From: an uncultured Eubacteriales bacterium
Lineage (GTDB): Bacteria; Bacillota; Clostridia; Christensenellales; CAG-917
NCBI GenBank assembly: GCA_900549225.1
Contig: URNP01000003.1
Coordinates: 17,264 to 81,263, forward strand
Length of the DNA: 64,000 nt
Direction of reading: 5' to 3'
The notes under the pieces are model-generated. The model worked only from the letters and a program-made list of their open reading frames with translations. It had not been told where the DNA came from and searched no databases. The first letter of the stretch is position 1, and every line of letters starts with the position of its first letter. This document shows, in pieces, positions 61,655 through 64,000 of this stretch. The position numbers and the translations under genes were made by a program.

Positions 61655-61809
61655 ATACTAGGGAAAACAAAGGCATTTTCTGCTAAACACTAGGGACAAA
61701 AAAAGCATTTCCTACTAAACACTAGGGACAACAAAGATATTTCATACTAAACACTAGAGACAACAAAGATATTCCCTACTAAACACTAGGGAAAACAAAG
61801 ACAACGTTG
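61625..61809. repeat. five tandem 32-bp repeats plus a partial copy, unit CTAAACACTAGGGACAACAAAGATATT(C/T)C(C/A)TA
   Basis: Units start at 61651, 61683, 61714, 61746 and 61778. The partial copy at 61625-61650 forms the last codons of ylmC, and the TAA stop (61652-61654) lies in unit 1. Confidence 0.9.
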
Positions 61810-62023
61810 ACTGAAAACCGAGAAAAAAACGACAATATTTCTTATTGAAAACAAGAACGCAATAAAAACTACTTTTTCTAAAACCGAGAAACGAATCGAT
61901 TTAATTCGGATATAAAAACTCGTTTGAAAAAACAAAATCTTGCGCAAGGAATATCTGCATAATTATGCAAAAGTTATATCAAAAATCCGCACAAAATATC
62001 AAAAAACGGTTGTAAAAAAGTTA

Positions 62024-62051
62024 AAAAACACGGTAAAAACCGTGTTTTTTA
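62024..62051. terminator. bidirectional rho-independent terminator between ylmC and sigG
   Basis: ACACGG-TAAAAA-CCGTGT flanked by an A-run and a T-run. Confidence 0.8.
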
Positions 62052-62192
62052 ATTCAAATTGTATACGATTGTATAAACTGACTCGACGCTCGATAAAAGC
62101 AACTTCTTCTCTCCCACGATACGTTCGATGACGAACGTTCAAGGAGGAAAATTTGCGTTTTTACGACGAAGATTTCGACACTCGAAGAAACT

Positions 62193-62963
62193 TCAAACCA
62201 TACGTTCTTTGATGCGTTTGATCGCCGACTTCTCCAGACGTGATACCTGCGCTTGAGAGATGCCGACGATTTTGCTGATTTCGATTTGCGTTTTGCCGTC
62301 GAAGTAACGAAGTTTGACAACTTGCATTTCTCTTTCGGGCACGTCCTTCAACGCCTCATACAAAGCAATCCTTTCCGTCCAGTTTTCACCGGTCTCTTTT
62401 TTGTCGGCGAGTTGGTCGATGAGTTCCTGCCCTTCGTCTGCATCGTTATACACCGGTTCGTAAAAAGAGACGGGTTCGCTCACGGCGTCGAGCGCACACG
62501 CAACCTGACGTAGAGGTACGCCGATCTCCTCGGCAATCTCCGTCATCGTGGGATCGTTGGCGTTGCACTTTGACAAGTCTTCTCTTGCCTTCAACGCCCT
62601 ATACGCCGTGTCACGCATACTCCTCGATACCTTTATCGTGGTGCGGTCGCGGATTGCCCTTCTCATTTCGCCTATAATCATCGGAACGGCGTAGGTGGAG
62701 AATCTCACGTCGAGATTGACGTCGAAGTTGTCAAGGGCTTTGAGAAGCCCTACCATGCCAACCTGAAACAAATCGTCGGCACTTTCGGACGACTTTGAAA
62801 ATCTGCCCACGCAAGAAAGGACGAGTCGCATATTGGCACGCAGAAACAAATCTCGCGCGTCTGAATCTCCCTGCTTGATTTTCAAAAGCAGTTGATCGCA
62901 ATCTTTTGCGCTTATCTTGGGTAACGCGGCGGTGTCTATGCCGCAAATCTGAACTTTGCCCAT
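62193..62963 (-). CDS. sigG: RNA polymerase sporulation sigma factor SigG
   Basis: 256 aa. KVQICGIDTAALPKIS...DLFQVGMVGLLKALDNFD...FSTYAVPMIIGEMRR matches the SigG pattern. Follows sigE. Confidence 0.93.
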   Translation of the reverse strand: MGKVQICGIDTAALPKISAKDCDQLLLKIKQGDSDARDLFLRANMRLVLSCVGRFSKSSESADDLFQVGMVGLLKALDNFDVNLDVRFSTYAVPMIIGEMRRAIRDRTTIKVSRSMRDTAYRALKAREDLSKCNANDPTMTEIAEEIGVPLRQVACALDAVSEPVSFYEPVYNDADEGQELIDQLADKKETGENWTERIALYEALKDVPEREMQVVKLRYFDGKTQIEISKIVGISQAQVSRLEKSAIKRIKERMV

Positions 62964-63030
62964 ACAAGCCTCCTTTGAGTATGTAAGCCTGTAGGGGCAA
63001 ATTAAACCGATTAGATATGCGATTTTGTGA

Positions 63031-63744
63031 TTATCCGAGTTTGAGCATATCCTTTTTGAGATTGTCTACGATTTTCTTTTCAAGCCTCGATATGTAGGAT
63101 TGAGATATGCCCATCATATCGGCGATTTCCTTTTGAGTCATCTCGTCTTTGCCGTAAAGTCCGAATCGCAACTCTAATATCTGTCTTTCCCTTTTAGGAA
63201 GTTTGTCAAACGTATCTTTGAGAATTTTCTTCTCGTCGGACGCTTCGACACGATTGTAAACGGCGTCTGCGTCCGTGCCTATTATGTCGCAAAGTAGAAG
63301 CATATTCCCCTCCCAATCGACGTTTAGAGGCTCGTCGAGAGAGACTTCGGCACGCTGTTTGCCCGTCTTTCGCAAATGCATGAGGATTTCGTTTTCTATG
63401 CACCGTGAGGCGAACGTGGCAAGTTTTATGTTCTTGTCGGGATTGTAACTCCCCACAGCCTTGATAAGCCCGATAGTGCCGATTGAAACGAGGTCGTCCA
63501 TATCCACTCCCGTATTGTCGAAACGCTTGGCTATGTACACCACGAGGCGCAAATTGTGCTCGATGAGCGACAGTCTTGCTTCTTCGTCGCCTGCAAGATA
63601 CTTCCTGACCGTTTGCGCCTCTTCGTCGGGAGTCAGCGGCGACGGGAGCGAATTGCCCTGCGATATGTAGTTGACAAACGACTTTTCTTTGAGACCGAGT
63701 TTTTCAAGCAGCCTTTGAAACAACGCTTTGATTTTGCCTTTCAT
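63031..63744 (-). CDS. sigE: RNA polymerase sporulation sigma factor SigE (pro-sigma-E)
   Basis: 237 aa. Pro-sequence then LPSPLTPDEE...HNLRLVVYIAKRFDNTG...CIENEILMHLRK...EVSLDEPLNVDWEGN matches the SigE pattern. Confidence 0.93.
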   Translation of the reverse strand: MKGKIKALFQRLLEKLGLKEKSFVNYISQGNSLPSPLTPDEEAQTVRKYLAGDEEARLSLIEHNLRLVVYIAKRFDNTGVDMDDLVSIGTIGLIKAVGSYNPDKNIKLATFASRCIENEILMHLRKTGKQRAEVSLDEPLNVDWEGNMLLLCDIIGTDADAVYNRVEASDEKKILKDTFDKLPKRERQILELRFGLYGKDEMTQKEIADMMGISQSYISRLEKKIVDNLKKDMLKLG

Positions 63745-63837
63745 ATATTTTCTCCGTTATTTTCGTTTTTATTTACGCAAACGAAAATTTGTCGTTTGCG
63801 TGCGGATCGTTACGTCGTAAAATTTAATTTAATGCGG

Positions 63838-64000
63838 TTAGAACATCGAATTTTGTAAGACTACGTCGTAATCTCCGAACACTTGGTCGCTGAGCGCGCC
63901 GAGTGCGTGTTCGGTTTTTTGTCCGACTTTTACGCTCTCGAAAGAGACGAGCGGCATACACTTTTGCCCACTAACCGTTGAGGCGTTTACATAGCCTTCG
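63838..64000 (-). CDS. spoIIGA: sigma-E processing peptidase SpoIIGA, C-terminal fragment (5' end outside window)
   Basis: The minus-strand frame is open from the window edge to TAA at 63838-63840 (...GALSDQVFGDYDVVLQNSMF). The call rests mainly on its position immediately upstream of sigE. Confidence 0.55.
   Translation of the reverse strand, partial: EGYVNASTVSGQKCMPLVSFESVKVGQKTEHALGALSDQVFGDYDVVLQNSMF

Noticed and set aside
61651-61809. The 32-bp repeat array considered as a CRISPR array
   Set aside because: The units are contiguous with no unique spacers and have diverged by point mutation. No leader or cas genes are nearby. This is a tandem repeat, not a CRISPR array.
62141-62212. A perfect AAGGAGG followed 5 nt later by a TTG and a 19-codon ORF on the plus strand (62153-62212), overlapping the sigG stop
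   Set aside because: It is very short, has a non-ATG start, lies antisense to the sigG 3' end, and has no support beyond the SD-like hexamer. The rest of the genome would be needed to judge conservation.

Overview
Chromosomal window from an endospore-forming Firmicute with Clostridia-type gene order, read by eye; no searches or folding programs were run. Most genes are minus-strand core genes. These include mutL (partial)-miaA, ribF-truB-nrnA-rbfA-infB-ylxQ-ylxR-nusA-rimP, ispG-rseP-dxr-cdsA-uppS-frr-pyrH-tsf-rpsB, DUF1292/ruvX, an ABC exporter pair and rarA. Sporulation loci are dense: spoIIAA-spoIIAB-sigF-spoVAC-spoVAD-spoVAE, yunB, ytfI-ytfJ, two S11 carboxypeptidases around scpA-scpB, a spoIIM-like gene, spoIVB, uninterrupted sigK, ylmC, and spoIIGA (partial)-sigE-sigG. 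There is a six-tRNA cluster, a lone tRNA-Trp, and fused ispH-rpsA and cmk-plsC genes. I found no CRISPR array, transposase, prophage or recognisable defence cassette. Five things stand out. (1) A 530-aa PolC-like protein (N-domain, OB fold, DEDDh exonuclease, no polymerase) sits in the polC slot upstream of rimP. (2) A modular, hairpin-rich repeat family fills the pyrH-frr and DUF1292-rpsB spacers, and its terminal module contains the stop codons of the upstream genes. (3) Short tandem-repeat arrays (periods about 22, 32 and 65 nt) recur between stop codons and terminators. (4) A receiver-less Spo0A C-terminal-domain protein lies beside spoIVB. (5) A membrane-anchored PadR/coiled-coil protein lies next to a tyrosine recombinase and a duplicated tRNA-Trp 3' end. 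All family calls rest on motif and synteny recognition and need database confirmation.
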